DNA from: Eukaryota sp. GEM-RC1
Taxonomy: Eukaryota
DNA: 64,000 nt
Direction: 5' to 3'
NCBI GenBank assembly: GCA_040285855.1
Contig: JAUFOQ010000016.1
Location: 1,736,001 to 1,800,000, forward strand
The notes under the pieces are model-generated. The model saw only the letters and a program-made list of their open reading frames with translations. It ran no database searches and was not told the origin of the DNA. Each line of letters starts with the position of its first letter. Positions within the stretch are counted from its first letter, which is position 1. Both the position numbers and the translations under genes were made by a program. Positions 12,316 through 25,422 of the stretch are shown here, piece after piece.

Positions 12316-13231
12316 GTTTGTTACATTATGTCTAGTAGTTTTGGACTTACTCTGTTTTCTATGAATTACACTGTTTGTTGGGTAGAGATATTGTTTGTTT
12401 TTGATTTATAATGAACTTTGTCCTTACTTATCTCCATGACAGATCTCTCTGTTGTAGTGTACATTTTGACTGCAAAATTTTTGAGTCATCACCAAACACA
12501 CGTCAACTATCTCTCATTCACATAAAATCAAAAATCCACTGTATCTATAAACTCGACACCCACCGAAGAAGTTTTAAAAGGGTCATTCGGATGTGACAAT
12601 TTGTTGATGAAACTCTGTAAATACTAGTATTGTAGCATGTGTAGTCATCCAATTAACAACTTCCAACTTTCGATATCAGGTGGTAGTAGAGCAAGAAAAG
12701 GATAACATACTAGCACATACAGAAAAAAGCCAAATATAATTATCCTTAGGTCAGGTCCTTCTTAAAAGAGAAGAGAAGAGCCTAGAGAGTTTTAAACAGC
12801 ATAATCCCAGCAAAAAGGACACTCCAGCATATTTACTACATTTACTGAATTTGGCAAGTCTCCTAAAAGAGAAACAAATTCCAAATTTGTGTTTCAACCT
12901 TTTGCCAAAAATTTGCCAATATCTATTACCAAACTTATCTGCCAAATTTCGAGTTGATTGTTTAGCTCTATTGTTTCACCGTTTGTACTTTACCGCTTTG
13001 TTTTCTCAAATGTGTACTTCAGTGACAGTTGCTTTTTCAATATTGATTTCTAGCTGTTGTTTTGGTCTATTGTGCCTGTCGAGTATTGACTGACGTAAAT
13101 TCTGTCCTTCCCTTCATACTTACTTCACTTGTCAATGATACTTTCTACATTTTACAACAATCATTCAAGTATTACAGTTTCAATATTTGTTAGTCTGCTT
13201 TGTACTGTAGTATTGTATTAAAAATAATTAT

Positions 13232-16010
13232 TTGATTTGCGGAGATTGTCTCTCTGTTGATACTCTTCGTCCTCCTGTGAAAATTTCGAATCAACTCAGC
13301 CCCAAAGGTTCCATTCCTTTTTCTATTGCTTTTCGGTCTTTTACTCTAGCGCTTTCACTAGGTTCTTGGGATGTTCTTCACATCTGGAAGTTTTTTCTTG
13401 AGAAACAATCTCAATCCTGCACTCACCCTAAGAAAGTGTTTGCTCCAAAGAAATTACCAAAGGAAAATATTGTACGTCAACAACTTCTTCGAGGTAGGTA
13501 TGGTTCAGCTAAGAATGCCATATTTTCATCAGATCTCGCTCCTGTTTCTGATGACACTGTTTCTCAACTTCAGGCTCTTCATACATTGGAAAAATTTTCT
13601 CCTGTCAAGCCTATGCCTTCTTTGTATTGGAAAGAAAACCCCATTAGAGTGGATGAGTTGATTAGTTGTATTTTAAAACTCCCTTCAGAAAAAGCTCTTG
13701 GACCTTCAGGTATTACTTTTGATATGCTCAAATCTGTTTCACGTCAAAATTCACTTATTGTTGAAGATTTATGTCTCTTTTTCAACAATGTTTTGTTATC
13801 GAAGGTTGTTCCTCCTAAAGAGTTGTCTGCTTCTGGTTTGGTTGCACTGATTAAGCCTAACAAGAAAATCCGTCCTATTGCTGTCGGTGAAGCTACTTAC
13901 CGTCTGTTTGCTTCTGTTGTTTTTGGAAGAATTTCCAACAAAGCCAAGGATTTCTTTTCACCTTACCAATATGGTATTAAAACCATTGATGGAGCTTCTG
14001 TGGCTGCCCTTTCTTCTGATGTTTTCTTCAACGCGGTTGAAATTAATTGCATTTTGAATTTGGATTTTAAGAATGCTTTTAATTCTGTTAAACGATCTGC
14101 CATTTGTTCTGAATTGGAAAAGAGTTTTCCCGAATTAGGTACCTGTTTTCATTGTTTTTATGGTCACTCTTCTGACTTGGTTTTTAATTCATTTGTTCTT
14201 AATTCTGTTTCTGGTGTTAAACAAGGAGATCCTCTTGGTCCCTTCTTTTTTTGTTTGGCTATTCATCCAATCTTGAAAAACTCAAAGAAGAACATGCAGA
14301 CTTAGAAATTGTAGCTTATATGGATGACATTTCTTTTATTGCTCATATGTCAACTCTTCGTATTATTGCGAATCAGGCTGCTGATTTGTACGATGCAATT
14401 GGACTTCAATTAAATGTGCAAAAATGTTTTTGATTGCCAAAGTACCTGTAACTTTAATTGTTAATTCTTTAGAGGTTCCCTTTGTGAACTACTTATCTTC
14501 AAGCTTTAGATTTCTAGGTTGCTATCTTGGTTCACATGACAACATTGTTAAAGATCTGAATGTATATTTGGATTCAATGCGAAAAGAATTAGATCAAATT
14601 AAGGAATTGCAATTGGAAAAACATTTCAAATTCTTTATGCTAAAAATTTGTTATTCAGGAAAAGTTACTCATCTGCTTCGCTCTTTGCCCCCTGTACTTA
14701 CCTATAACTTCTGTAGAAGCTTTAACAAAATTTGAACTGACTTTCTAGCATTTTTGTTATCAGTGGATCCTGATGCTTTGAACAATCACATCTTCTCAGA
14801 TCCTCATCTAGGTGGTATTGGTTTTACTTCGTCTAAATGGTGGACCAAATCTGCTTCCATTAGTGGTGGTAAGAATTTTGTCTTTGAGTTCTGTAGACAG
14901 TACCCAAGTCAAGAAAATCTTCTTGTTTCGACAAGTAGTTTTTTATTTGTAAATTTGAGATCAGAATTGTCGCTAATTTCACCTGACCTCTGGCAAACTT
15001 GTTTTCCAGCAGATATTTGTGAAATACCAGAACGATGTGTCACCTCGTTAAAATTTGCTCTTAAGAAACTCCAAAAACACCTTTTAAAACATTTTGAATG
15101 TTTGGATTTTAAAATTCGTCTTGGCTCGGCCAAAGAAAAAATCCAGCTTTCGCAAATTTTTAAATCGATTTGAAGGACAGTTCTTCAGTTGCTTTGATTA
15201 ACCAAATTCCTCAGATTTATGGTTTGTTGTTGAATGATCATCAATGGACTACAACATTTAGACTTCGATGTTTCTTGTGGCCCTCTAATTTACCCAATGA
15301 TCTTCAATGCAAATGTGGTAAATTAGTTATTTTTTCTCACCTTTTGAGTTGTAATCGTTTCATTTCTTATAGAACTTGTATTCATGATGCTGTCAGAGAT
15401 CAAATTCATGCAATGTGTAAGTCCTACAAAATAGAATCTTTCGTTGAGCCACTGTTGAGATCACTGGAAATCAATAATTCAAAAAATAGTGATTCTGATA
15501 AGACTTTTGGTAAACGAAGAGCTGATGTTATAGTTCCATCAGTTAATGATGAACTAACCGTTGTTGATGTGATTACTGTGGATGTTTGCAAAAAAAGTGC
15601 ATTCAAGGATGCTAAAAATGAAGTTTCTCCACTGAATTCTTCAGAACAATACAAGAGAAACAAATATGATGAACCATTGACTGCTCTCCAACATATTAGA
15701 CATGTTGAGTACAAATTATGTCCTTTTGCAATTTCAATTTATGGTCGACTTGGTAGAGATGCTCTTTGTTTTCTCTCTGATTTTGAGACAGTGGTCCAAA
15801 AAATGAACCAGAAATGTACCAAAAATTTTGGTTGAATCGTTTTGTTTTTACAATATTTAAAACAATTCCTGTCATGATTTCAAAAGCTCTATTCGCTCTC
15901 AGTGTTTTTTATGAAGAAAAAGCTGATGTGAGTTTTAATGGCAATGATTGTTGCTTTAATGATATTGAGTTCTAGTTTTTGTATTTCACTTACTGTTTAT
16001 GTTCCATAAA
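13232..16010 (+). mobile_element. Non-LTR retrotransposon with RT and C-terminal restriction-like endonuclease (CRE/R2-like, family A), disrupted
   Basis: RT motifs GPSG, RPIAVGE, LDFKNAFNS, GVKQGDPLGP, YMDD (14317-14328) and FLG. CCHC (CKCGK..HLLSC), HDAVRD and RADV..VVDV..KRNKY follow. There are several frameshifts and an in-frame TGA, and the 5' boundary is not determined. Confidence 0.92.
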
Positions 16011-16659
16011 GAAAAAATACTTTAAGTATTGCAATATTGGTTAAACAATTTTAATATTGATTTTGTGGCTGAAATGCTATGATATTTACAGTGTTGTGTT
16101 GTGATCCTACTTCAGAATAGGCTAGTATAGAATCAAAATACTTAGACATTGCTCTAAAAAGGGGAACTGACATCCTTGCTCTTCAATAAAATTCGTCCCA
16201 AACTGTTTACACAATTTTCCCAATAATTTTATACAAACATTAGTAAAAGTCTGAATGTGGTTTCTTGATATGTATATTTCATGTTGCACATAAGGAGAAT
16301 AAATTTGAAAGAAAATTGGAGACTGGTTTGTAGTTCGAGTATCTGGTAAAAAGTGGGACCAAAAAGAAAGTATTTGGTGACTCTGAGAACCTAAACCATC
16401 TCTGATCAACTGAAGGAGAAGGTGTTGTATGGGAAAGTGTGCTCTAATGTGAAACGGGTTTCGCCAGCTGTTCGAAGATTGCAAAGATTGAGAAGGCTTA
16501 TCAAAAAGACAAATGTAGTGGCTTGGCACCACGATCATTGGACAACAATCAGCGAATAGGAAAAGTACAAGAGTTGATAACAGTATATAAACTGGGATAA
16601 TCATCCAAACTGGGAAACAACCCTAGAGATCAAAAGTAATTCATTCAAGTCTGCCGTCG

Positions 16660-19007
16660 ATTCTATTTTCGTCTCTTGATAGTAACAAGCTCCCACACTT
16701 CTGTGGCCGCTCTCGTTTCGATGGTACTTACACCAACTCTCAAAGTCTTCAAATTGATGTTGGTTATGTCGGGAAAGATCGTGTTGACAGTCTTGGGGTA
16801 AATTCTCCTCATTTAACTCGTCAGCTTCATCGTGATACTCCCTCAACATTGTCTCAGTACACCAAAGTTGCGAAAGTTGGTAGCGGTGCCTCTGGTGAAG
16901 TTTGGCTTTGTCTTAATTCTGAGAAACAGGAAGTTGCTATGAAGATCATCCCACTTAAGCGTCATCATGGTTGTGATCTGTTATCTAGCCAAACTCTGCG
17001 CGAAATTGCCATACTCCGCAAACTTGACTATCCCAATATTTTGCACTTGCAAGATTACGTGGTCGATCCGGATGCTCGGAAGATCTACATCGTCACTGAG
17101 TTCTGTGATATGGGTCCATTGATCAAAGACAGTGACATTGGTTCTTATAAGCCTCTCCCTCCAGCCAAAGCACGCAAAATCTTTGGTCAAATAGTTGCCG
17201 GGCTGCACTATATACATTCAAAAGGTATCGCTCATAACGATATTAAACCATCTAATATCCTCCTCAGTCGCTCTAAAGATGCCTCGCTGCGGGTTGTTAT
17301 AGCTGATTTTGGTATCTTGTCTCGTCTGGGAGGATCCGATTCTACTTTCAAGGCTCTCCGCTGTTCCTTGCTCCTGAGTGTTTAACACAAGATCCTGGAG
17401 AAGATGACTTCTCTGACGGTACTGCTGCTGATATCTGTGCCTTGGGTGTTTGCCTCTATGTGCTCTGTTTCGGTCGTTCTCCGTGGGGAGACGTTATCAC
17501 ACGTGATGGACTTAAACACACTCTTTCGGAATATGTTGATGGACAACGAATTCTAGAAGTTCCTGCTGGTGGAGATGAAGCTCTTGAACATCTGATCCGT
17601 TCCATGTTACACCCTGATCCTTATAAAAGAGCTACAATCAAGGAAATCCTAGTTGATCCTTGGCTTTTGGCTGATACTGATTTGCCTGCATATTTCAATG
17701 TTGACGACAACCACGCTCTTTCAATTTCCCTAAGTAGAACGGACATTGACAACGCTGTAACTGTTGTCTCAAACATTGACTTCGAAACAAGAGTTGGAAG
17801 TGACACGTGGTCTGCTCATTTGTCTGAAGCTCAACGTAACCTGCTTGTTTTTCATTCTGCTATTAATCTATTGAACCTTTGTACTAAGTTGATGGATCTT
17901 GCTGGAGCTCACTGTTCACCCAATAGATCCCGCATTACTGAACAACTTCTGTCCTGGACCTCGTCGTGTTGTGAAATGGACGAAGAATCAGCAGATTCCA
18001 ATGATGTGTGCTTTACCAGTCTTCAATTTGGACTGACTTTTATTGAATGGTCCAAGGCTCTTGAAGAGGACGTTGTATCGTCAATTGATGACGTTACTCG
18101 ATCAAAGATATATGAATTCAAGATGAAGCAACTTGACTATGTTAAGAATAAGGTACTGCCCATCTTAAAACAACGTATTCAGGAACTTGTACTTAGATTG
18201 AAGGCATCAGAGATCAATCCTAATCATAACATTGATTGTGTGGGACCGTGGAGGTATTTTAAAGCAAACAATATCTGTAATAATTTTAAAGCAGTTTTTG
18301 ATGCTATTTCTCATAATCCTGATTCATCTTCCAGAATTACATTCATTTGTAATGGGCAATGCGTTCTAAAGCCACCGTGTACTTCGCTTCCTGTCCACAC
18401 CATTCACCTGGATGTTGGTATATCTGATGTAGGATTTTCTGATCACTTTTGCTCCTCGTCTGGTGATGAAATGGTCCTACCAAAGACTCATAGTTCTGAC
18501 AAGGAATTGATTAATCCTGTCTATCTTCCCGCTGTTGCTGTTGACATCCTTCGTGATTTAATTTGTAACTCTAGAAAGTATAGTCCTCCTGGTACTGTGA
18601 TTAGAGCTGCTGTCTGGAATCAGATGAATAAGGGTAGGAATTACCTTCACATGGGGGTCAATCTGCTGGAATTGGCATGGACGATCCTGAAGCTCTAGTT
18701 CAATTTGGAGCTACTGGAAATCAAGAACGTAGAGGTTTTGGAAGAGGATTTGGTCTTACAAAGTGTTATGTCACTGTTACTTCGTTTTTAAATGGTACTT
18801 TCTCAGTGACGTCACTTCCAGATCGTGGTACCTGCATTCAAATAGCTATCCCTGTACCAGAAGAAGCAAAGGTCAATATTGACACTCGCCCTCCTTGGAT
18901 TTTTTGCTGCCTCTCAATTTCATGTTGAAGAAGTATGTCAGTTTGATGATATTGATAGTGACGTTTCATTTGACAGTGACTATAGTGATGTGGAAATGTT
19001 GGATTAG
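16660..19007 (+). pseudogene. Ser/Thr kinase-HATPase fusion, copy 2 (pseudogene or error-broken gene)
   Basis: Near-identical to 9998-12315. The ATG matching 9998 is AAG here, and there are frameshifts near 17340 and 18660. Confidence 0.8.
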
Positions 19008-19272
19008 ATTTTGGATTTATGTATAGTAGTTTTTGAAATACGGTACTCTGTTTTGAACGAGTTTTACTGTTTATTGTGTAAAGATATCGTTTGTTTTTGA
19101 TTAATTGAACGTTTCTAGAATCATTTAACAGGCTAGGTTCTATAGAAATGGACATCACACAGCAGGTTATACTGTTCAGATGCAAGTTACAGACCTGTTC
19201 ATGTTGACAAAGTACCGACCAATGCTTAAAAAAAAGTGGTAGAAATTTTCTCGATCAGACACATTTGACAAA

Positions 19273-20013
19273 ATGTTAGACCTGAACCGGAAGTGTAAGA
19301 CCTCCAAGGACTTTGTCATTCTCGCAGAGGAGCTACGAGTTTCTGGATCAGTAGTACAATATATAGCTGTTGTATCTCTTCACTTACAGTTTCTTGAGAA
19401 ACGAAAGGAGCATAGCCAGCTTTCCAATGTTCTCATGTCTTTTGTTCAACATCTACACACCTTAGTCATTGTTTTTGATTCTGATACCACTCTAATATAC
19501 CGTCAATCCATACTCACCAAATCTCTTCCTGTTATAGAACACCACCTTAAACATTTCAATTCCTTACAACTGCTTCGATGCTGTGATCTTCTTCACCGAA
19601 TGTGCTTAGCAACTGAACATTACTCAGATGCTGGCTCTTTCTCCTATCGTGTTGCCTCCTCTCTGCCCACTTCATGTTCCGCTTCGCGTGCAAACCTCCT
19701 TCGTAAAACAGTGGAGGCTTTTCTGAACTGTGGTCAATATCAGACCGCTTTGGATGTCAGTTTTGAACTTAATCAAGTTACAGAATTCGTGACAACTACG
19801 GATAGACTGTTGTCATTGCTGCTTTCATTGTTTCTTAATGATTTTAAAACTTCAGAAGAATATCTCTCTCTGTTAGGTTTGGACAACTCTTGCTTACGTG
19901 GCATTGAGATGAGAAAGTGGGATTCCCTCAGTGAGGAAGTTCAGAATTTGTTTAATCGATTTAAAATTATTAACATTTTTGTAAATGAGTTGATTGATAT
20001 TGTTTTTGATTGA
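19273..20013 (+). CDS. Hypothetical alpha-helical protein
   Basis: 246-aa ORF with coding-like composition. The 5' end may extend upstream. Confidence 0.6.
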   Translation: MLDLNRKCKTSKDFVILAEELRVSGSVVQYIAVVSLHLQFLEKRKEHSQLSNVLMSFVQHLHTLVIVFDSDTTLIYRQSILTKSLPVIEHHLKHFNSLQLLRCCDLLHRMCLATEHYSDAGSFSYRVASSLPTSCSASRANLLRKTVEAFLNCGQYQTALDVSFELNQVTEFVTTTDRLLSLLLSLFLNDFKTSEEYLSLLGLDNSCLRGIEMRKWDSLSEEVQNLFNRFKIINIFVNELIDIVFD

Positions 20014-20850
20014 TTTTTGATTTCTTGCACTTTTTCTTGCACGAAGTTTTTTTCTGGACTTAACAATCAGTCGTAAGTGAATTTTCTTAATTGTTCTATT
20101 CTGATCCATCGATTTTGTAATTTTTACTACATTGTGTTACTTGAATTGTTTCAAAGCTCTACTCAAGGATTAGACCTTTTCCATTATTGTAAGGATGAAC
20201 GATATGGGTTTCACTCTTGGTTTCTTAGAAGAAACTCTTTTCCATCTTATTGGCACCATCTAGTTGGATCCGTATTTTCTCATGAACATGCTGATAGTGA
20301 AGAGTTAGGTCTCAAATGTACAGCAAAATGAAATTACAAAATTTTAAAACATTAACTAAATATATTTTTGTAATCATAAATTTATTCTAAATGTAATAGA
20401 CAAAACAACACCCGTCGCTATCAAATCTTACAACAACTTTGTCCTCATTAAAGGAACTCACAGCTAATAGAGCTTTGGAGATAATTAGGGTAATTTTTTC
20501 AAAAATAGTTTACTACTAGTATCCAACCATAACAGATGATCAAAACGTTTGTGCATCCTTTTTTTACGATTTTTCCGAAATCGTTTAAAAAAGTCAATGC
20601 ACTATTTCCTAAACGTCCATAGATTGGAAACAGCAAAAGGGCATAATTCATATTCAACGTGTTTTACAAGCTTTAGAGGTATCAATTGTTCCTTGTACTT
20701 ATCCTGTTTGGCTTGTTCAGAAATGTCTAAAGGGGAAGTTTCAGAGTAAGCATTCTTCTAGTTTAAAGATGTCTTTTTACAAACATCCACTGACACTACA
20801 TCAACAACAACATCTGCTATTAGGTTATGCTACACCATATGTAATTAATG

Positions 20851-21788
20851 TCAATGATTACAATCATTCATCGGATTGACTGTATCCGTTTGACAATCAA
20901 TTTCTAGCTGGGACTTAGACAAAGTTGTTCCCATCAACTTGTCCTCTATAAAACTAATTACAGTAGGAAGTGTACAGAACAGAATCGAGCAAGCTACACC
21001 AATTACAACCATAACAATCCCAGCAACAAGAAGAATCTCCCCAATGTTAGACTTCTTTCCATCGACACCTACAGTTAACTCTTGTATTTCTTCTCCAAAA
21101 CTCTGCAAAATAACTCGAGCATTGGAAACCCAAGACAATGTCACAATCACTTAGATCACAGTCGATCTTTCTACAATCACTTAGATCATGTATCGTTTGA
21201 TCGAACTCAAAATTGATAGAAACGGACCGACCAGAGCTACTCTCATTTTCAAATCTACAGTTATCGTATAAACAGAACATACATAAAATAATAGAGATCA
21301 GTGGAACCCATTGAGTTGATGGGAGCTGTATAATCACACACATTGTCAGAACACCAGCTCTCCCCAGTAGATTTCATGAACCATTTGTAAAAGTTATCTC
21401 TCCCTTTAACAACTGTTTTCTTAATCGAGGAATGCATTCCAATGGCTTTAGCATGAACTTTGGAGCCCGCATTGAGATTGACAGGGAGAAACTTACCACT
21501 CTTATCACTGATCGATGTAGAGTATTTGTGGTTGTAAATGGCTGGAGGAGAAGGACGACCAAGAGGAGGATCTTCAAAACACATAAAAGCCTTGAACGCT
21601 GATTCTCTTCCTCCAGAAACTTGAACAGTGTCACGAGGTTTCATAAAAGACAAATCAAGAGTACTGTGGGGCAGTAGTGGAACACGGAAAAGGAGAGCGT
21701 AACCAAAGATGATGAGTATTACTCCAACAAACACGACGGATGACATTAGATGGGCTTTACCCCGCAATTTGAAAGGAATTGAAGACAT
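20851..21788 (-). CDS. Hypothetical two-TM membrane protein with a Cys-containing luminal domain (frameshifted)
   Basis: Overlapping ORFs 21261-21788, 21047-21343 and 20851-21150, with hydrophobic helices near both ends. Confidence 0.6.
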
Positions 21789-22664
21789 TGAACAGAAGAA
21801 GTATCACAACTTCCCAACTACTTCACAACTGAGAAATCAGTTGTGGTGATGGGAAAGTGCGTTTCCAAATGAATCAAATTCGGAAACTTATGTCACGCAC
21901 AAATAGCTCTGTTTTCTCTTCATGTCTGATTAGATGAATCAGACTATTCTTTTGCTTTCGTAGGTCTCTGGACAGGTACAATTCATTGTGTTTCGTTCTC
22001 TTCAATTCACCTTCTAGTGTTCCTTATTAATACAAACTTAACGACGATCACAACTAAATGTTTTTTCTGTGATCTTTCTATCTTCTTTCTTGTACTATCA
22101 GAAGAATTTACAACACTGTAGTAGTACTACCGATCGTTATCCTCAAATTCTGTACTACCTTTTCTTCATATCATAATGTAACACTTACTGAGTCAACACA
22201 GCAGTCTCTACTCTTTGGTGTGTCATTATTGGTCTTAGCCAACAACAGCCGAATCTCAGTCATTGCAACCAAGGTCTGACCATCATTTATGCAACCAAGA
22301 CCTAAACACACATGCATCTTATGATCTTAGCATTTAACCAAGACATGGACATATAGTCTCACACCACAAACGAAAGAAATATGATTACAAGAAGTTTTTG
22401 AATTGATGTGACATCTGTAATAACAAATGAAACTCATTTCCAGCACTCGAAAGTCACAAGCTTGGGATAAACTCTTTTGCAGAAAAGACGGAAGGTGAAC
22501 AATACCGGTAGAGTAGGTTTTTCCTGAAAGAATTGTTGATCCTTTTTAAGTTACTAGTAAGTCTTTGTGCAATAAGTATAAAAAAAAATATGAATTCCAT
22601 ATCACTATAAATATTTAAATAATATAAAAACAAACTAATAATACTGCACAACCAATGTCAATAC

Positions 22665-24077
22665 CTACCTTCTACTCTTCTTGCTTCCTTTCTTCTTCAG
22701 ACCCCCATAAGCAGATAACCTACTAAATCCTTTGTCCCCATCATCACTTTGCCTTCTCTTCCTTCCCTTAGATGCTTTAGAGCTTTCCTTAGAACCATCA
22801 GCATAAGGTGCAATGGATTTAAGACCAACTTTTCTATTCAGTTCTTCAGATGTTGAGGTTAATATATCCAAAACATCGAGGCCAAAGTCGTCTGGTTCAA
22901 CATTCTTGTACTTAAATCGACACTTAACGTCACCAACAACGTCCTCGTAATCAAGAGCGTAATATTGATCTAACAGACGTTCAATTTCGACCTCTTGCTC
23001 AATCAATGTCTCTTCCTCAATCGTTTTTGATAGTGAACCTGATTCAAAAGCTTCGCGTAACCTTCCCAATCTGAATCTCACTTCAGTTTCCAAATCATTT
23101 AAATACGATTCATCTTGAAACTTATCAAAATTGTTTTCAATAAACTCATCAAATTTCGTCTCATCATAGTCTTCATCTACCAGACTAATATTCTCAGCTT
23201 GTGCTCTATCCTCCTCTGTAAACGTCATCCCCATGGAATTCTCAAGAAAAACAAGCTTATCTAGAATAGAATTCCTAGCAGTTGCTTTCCTGTTCTTAGT
23301 TTCATTTTCCAATTGTGATTGCATTGACTTCTGTCGTTCCTTCTTGGATTCACGTTGTCGTTGCCTCTTTGACAGCTTTTGTCTGACCGAACCTTCGATA
23401 ATACGAGAATGCGAAATAACTTCTGAATTTTCAAATCTGAAATTGAAATCTTCTTCAAATTGATTTTCACGATCAATATGTTCTTGATCACGTTCAATCT
23501 CCTTCAGAATCTCCTCAGCACCTTCTGGATCTCCACCCTTCCATTGTTCATTCAAAATATACTCTTTTAAAAACTGCTCCTCTTCATTTCCTTCGTCAAA
23601 TACAGTAGTGTCAATATCTTCAGGTAATTGATTGACTGATTCAGCTGTGATTGGAACAATACGTTCAAAGAGCTCATTATCAGAGTCTTCAGATGATTCG
23701 GCCAATTCCTTTAGTGCAGCTCTTTCAGATTCGTCATCAAATTGGGGAGCAGAAAGCATAGTGTCTTCATCGGGAAGTTCAGCAAGATTTAATGAAGCTT
23801 CGTATTGGGGAAGTAACACAGAAGGTTTAGATGAACGTAAGGAATGTTTAGCTTCTAATGTGGACAATAGCTTTTTGTCATCAAGTTCTGAAAAGAAGTT
23901 TTTAGTTGAATCTTTAATAGAGGGATCATTTGAACGAATAGCTGATATTGTGGATAGAATTTCCTTAGAAACTTGTTTATCTAGAAGAATGGCATCATCA
24001 TCTTCATCGGTTGAAGAATCAGAGATGTAGTCATCATTTGGGTCTTGGTCTTGAATGGGTGGTGGTGAAGGTGACAT
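22665..24077 (-). CDS. KRI1: Kri1 (KRR1-interacting 40S biogenesis factor)
   Basis: FLKEYILNEQW, FNFRFE, and C-terminal YYALDYEDVVGDVKCRFKY...DFGL...LKSIAPY. Confidence 0.92.
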   Translation of the reverse strand: MSPSPPPIQDQDPNDDYISDSSTDEDDDAILLDKQVSKEILSTISAIRSNDPSIKDSTKNFFSELDDKKLLSTLEAKHSLRSSKPSVLLPQYEASLNLAELPDEDTMLSAPQFDDESERAALKELAESSEDSDNELFERIVPITAESVNQLPEDIDTTVFDEGNEEEQFLKEYILNEQWKGGDPEGAEEILKEIERDQEHIDRENQFEEDFNFRFENSEVISHSRIIEGSVRQKLSKRQRQRESKKERQKSMQSQLENETKNRKATARNSILDKLVFLENSMGMTFTEEDRAQAENISLVDEDYDETKFDEFIENNFDKFQDESYLNDLETEVRFRLGRLREAFESGSLSKTIEEETLIEQEVEIERLLDQYYALDYEDVVGDVKCRFKYKNVEPDDFGLDVLDILTSTSEELNRKVGLKSIAPYADGSKESSKASKGRKRRQSDDGDKGFSRLSAYGGLKKKGSKKSRR

Positions 24078-24118
24078 TTTGAGTTTTGACTTCTTGTTGG
24101 GAATTTGCTATACATATT

Positions 24119-25366
24119 ATGTTGGTGGCGGCTGTTGTTTCTGCCACTTGTTGTATCATTGTTGTCTTTTTTGCATGTAGTTTCTTCAAAACTCCTTCTC
24201 TTGGAGTTCTTGATTTGGCTGTCTTTGAACCTCCAGCAGATCATCGAATTTCCAAGTCTAACTACATGGACTTCCTTGTTTCAACTAATTTCTTTTCCCA
24301 AGAATCTCTCAACTTTCAAGAGAAAATACTCTATCTCTCAGGACTCGGTGATGCCACTCCGCTTCCTGAAGGCTTTACATCATCATCGTCCACTTTTTCA
24401 TACGAGGAAACCCTTCAAATCACATGCAAAACCATGTTTGCCACATGTGCCACTCTATTCTCCAAAACTTCAATAGACCCGCAGTCCATCCAATACGTCA
24501 TTGTCACTTCTTCTTTCTTCTCAGCCACTCCATCCCTAGCCCATCGCATCATTGACCATTTCTCTCTCTCCGCAGAAGTTCCTATTGCTCTTGTTGGAAT
24601 GGGGTGTGCGGAGAGTTTAATAGCTGTTGATCTCCTCAACAGAATCACGTCATCATGCCCTGGACGTTGTCTTGTTGTCTCGATACAACCTTTTACTTCT
24701 TCTTTCTACAAGGGAGCTAATAGATCCATGCTCATTCCCAATTGCCTCTTTAGATTTGGTTGTTCTGCTGTCCTTTTATCAAACCTTCCTCGTGATCGAG
24801 CTCTTTTCAAGTTTACTCTCAATCACATTCATCGCTCTGTTGAACCTGTTGGATCAGTCCACGCGTTGGAGTACAAGCAAGATAAAGAGGGCCATGTTGG
24901 GTTCTTTTTGTCACCGGATTTATTAGAACATTATCTTAAAGTTATTCGAAAGAATTTAATGTTTTTAGCACCAAAGGTGTTCTCAACATCAGTCATAATA
25001 TCATATCTTTTTGATTTTTTGAAATTTCTAATCAACCCGTCGTTTAAACTACCGCCTTCATGGCCGTCATTTTCTAAAGGTGCTGACCATTTCTGTATAC
25101 ATGCTGGTGGTAGAGGTGTTTTAGATGCTTTGGAACAAAGTCTTGACTTGTCTGATAGTCAACGGGAGTCAGGACGTCAAGTGCTGGAAAACTATGGAAA
25201 TATGTCGGGATGTTGTGTTTGGTATTCGTTATTATGGTTAATGGATAATAACAAAATTCTACCACGAGAAACAGTGTGGTTGCTGGGGTTTGGTAGTGGG
25301 ATGGAATGTGTGTCATGTGTATTGAAAAAACAAGGGGTTAGAAGTTTATTGTACATTTTGAGATGA
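24119..25366 (+). CDS. 3-ketoacyl-CoA synthase (FAE1/KCS-type very-long-chain fatty acid condensing enzyme)
   Basis: GMGC (catalytic Cys), RSMLIPNCLFRFG, HFCIHAGGRGVLD, YGN, GFGSG, and an N-terminal TM helix. Confidence 0.9.
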   Translation: MLVAAVVSATCCIIVVFFACSFFKTPSLGVLDLAVFEPPADHRISKSNYMDFLVSTNFFSQESLNFQEKILYLSGLGDATPLPEGFTSSSSTFSYEETLQITCKTMFATCATLFSKTSIDPQSIQYVIVTSSFFSATPSLAHRIIDHFSLSAEVPIALVGMGCAESLIAVDLLNRITSSCPGRCLVVSIQPFTSSFYKGANRSMLIPNCLFRFGCSAVLLSNLPRDRALFKFTLNHIHRSVEPVGSVHALEYKQDKEGHVGFFLSPDLLEHYLKVIRKNLMFLAPKVFSTSVIISYLFDFLKFLINPSFKLPPSWPSFSKGADHFCIHAGGRGVLDALEQSLDLSDSQRESGRQVLENYGNMSGCCVWYSLLWLMDNNKILPRETVWLLGFGSGMECVSCVLKKQGVRSLLYILR

Positions 25367-25422
25367 ATTCGGAGAGCTTATGTGCTTCTCAATAAATATC
25401 AACTGATATTAAATATTTTAAA

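Noticed and set aside
12860..12950. TGCCAAA short repeats upstream of the retrotransposon
   Set aside because: Possibly part of its 5' UTR, but no boundary or TSD could be found.
14733..14735. Stop-codon reassignment (in-frame TGA)
   Set aside because: It occurs in a decaying retroelement, and intact genes here end in TAA, TAG and TGA.
19150..20013. HAP40/F8A1 homology
   Set aside because: Only a faint N-terminal resemblance that crosses a stop codon.
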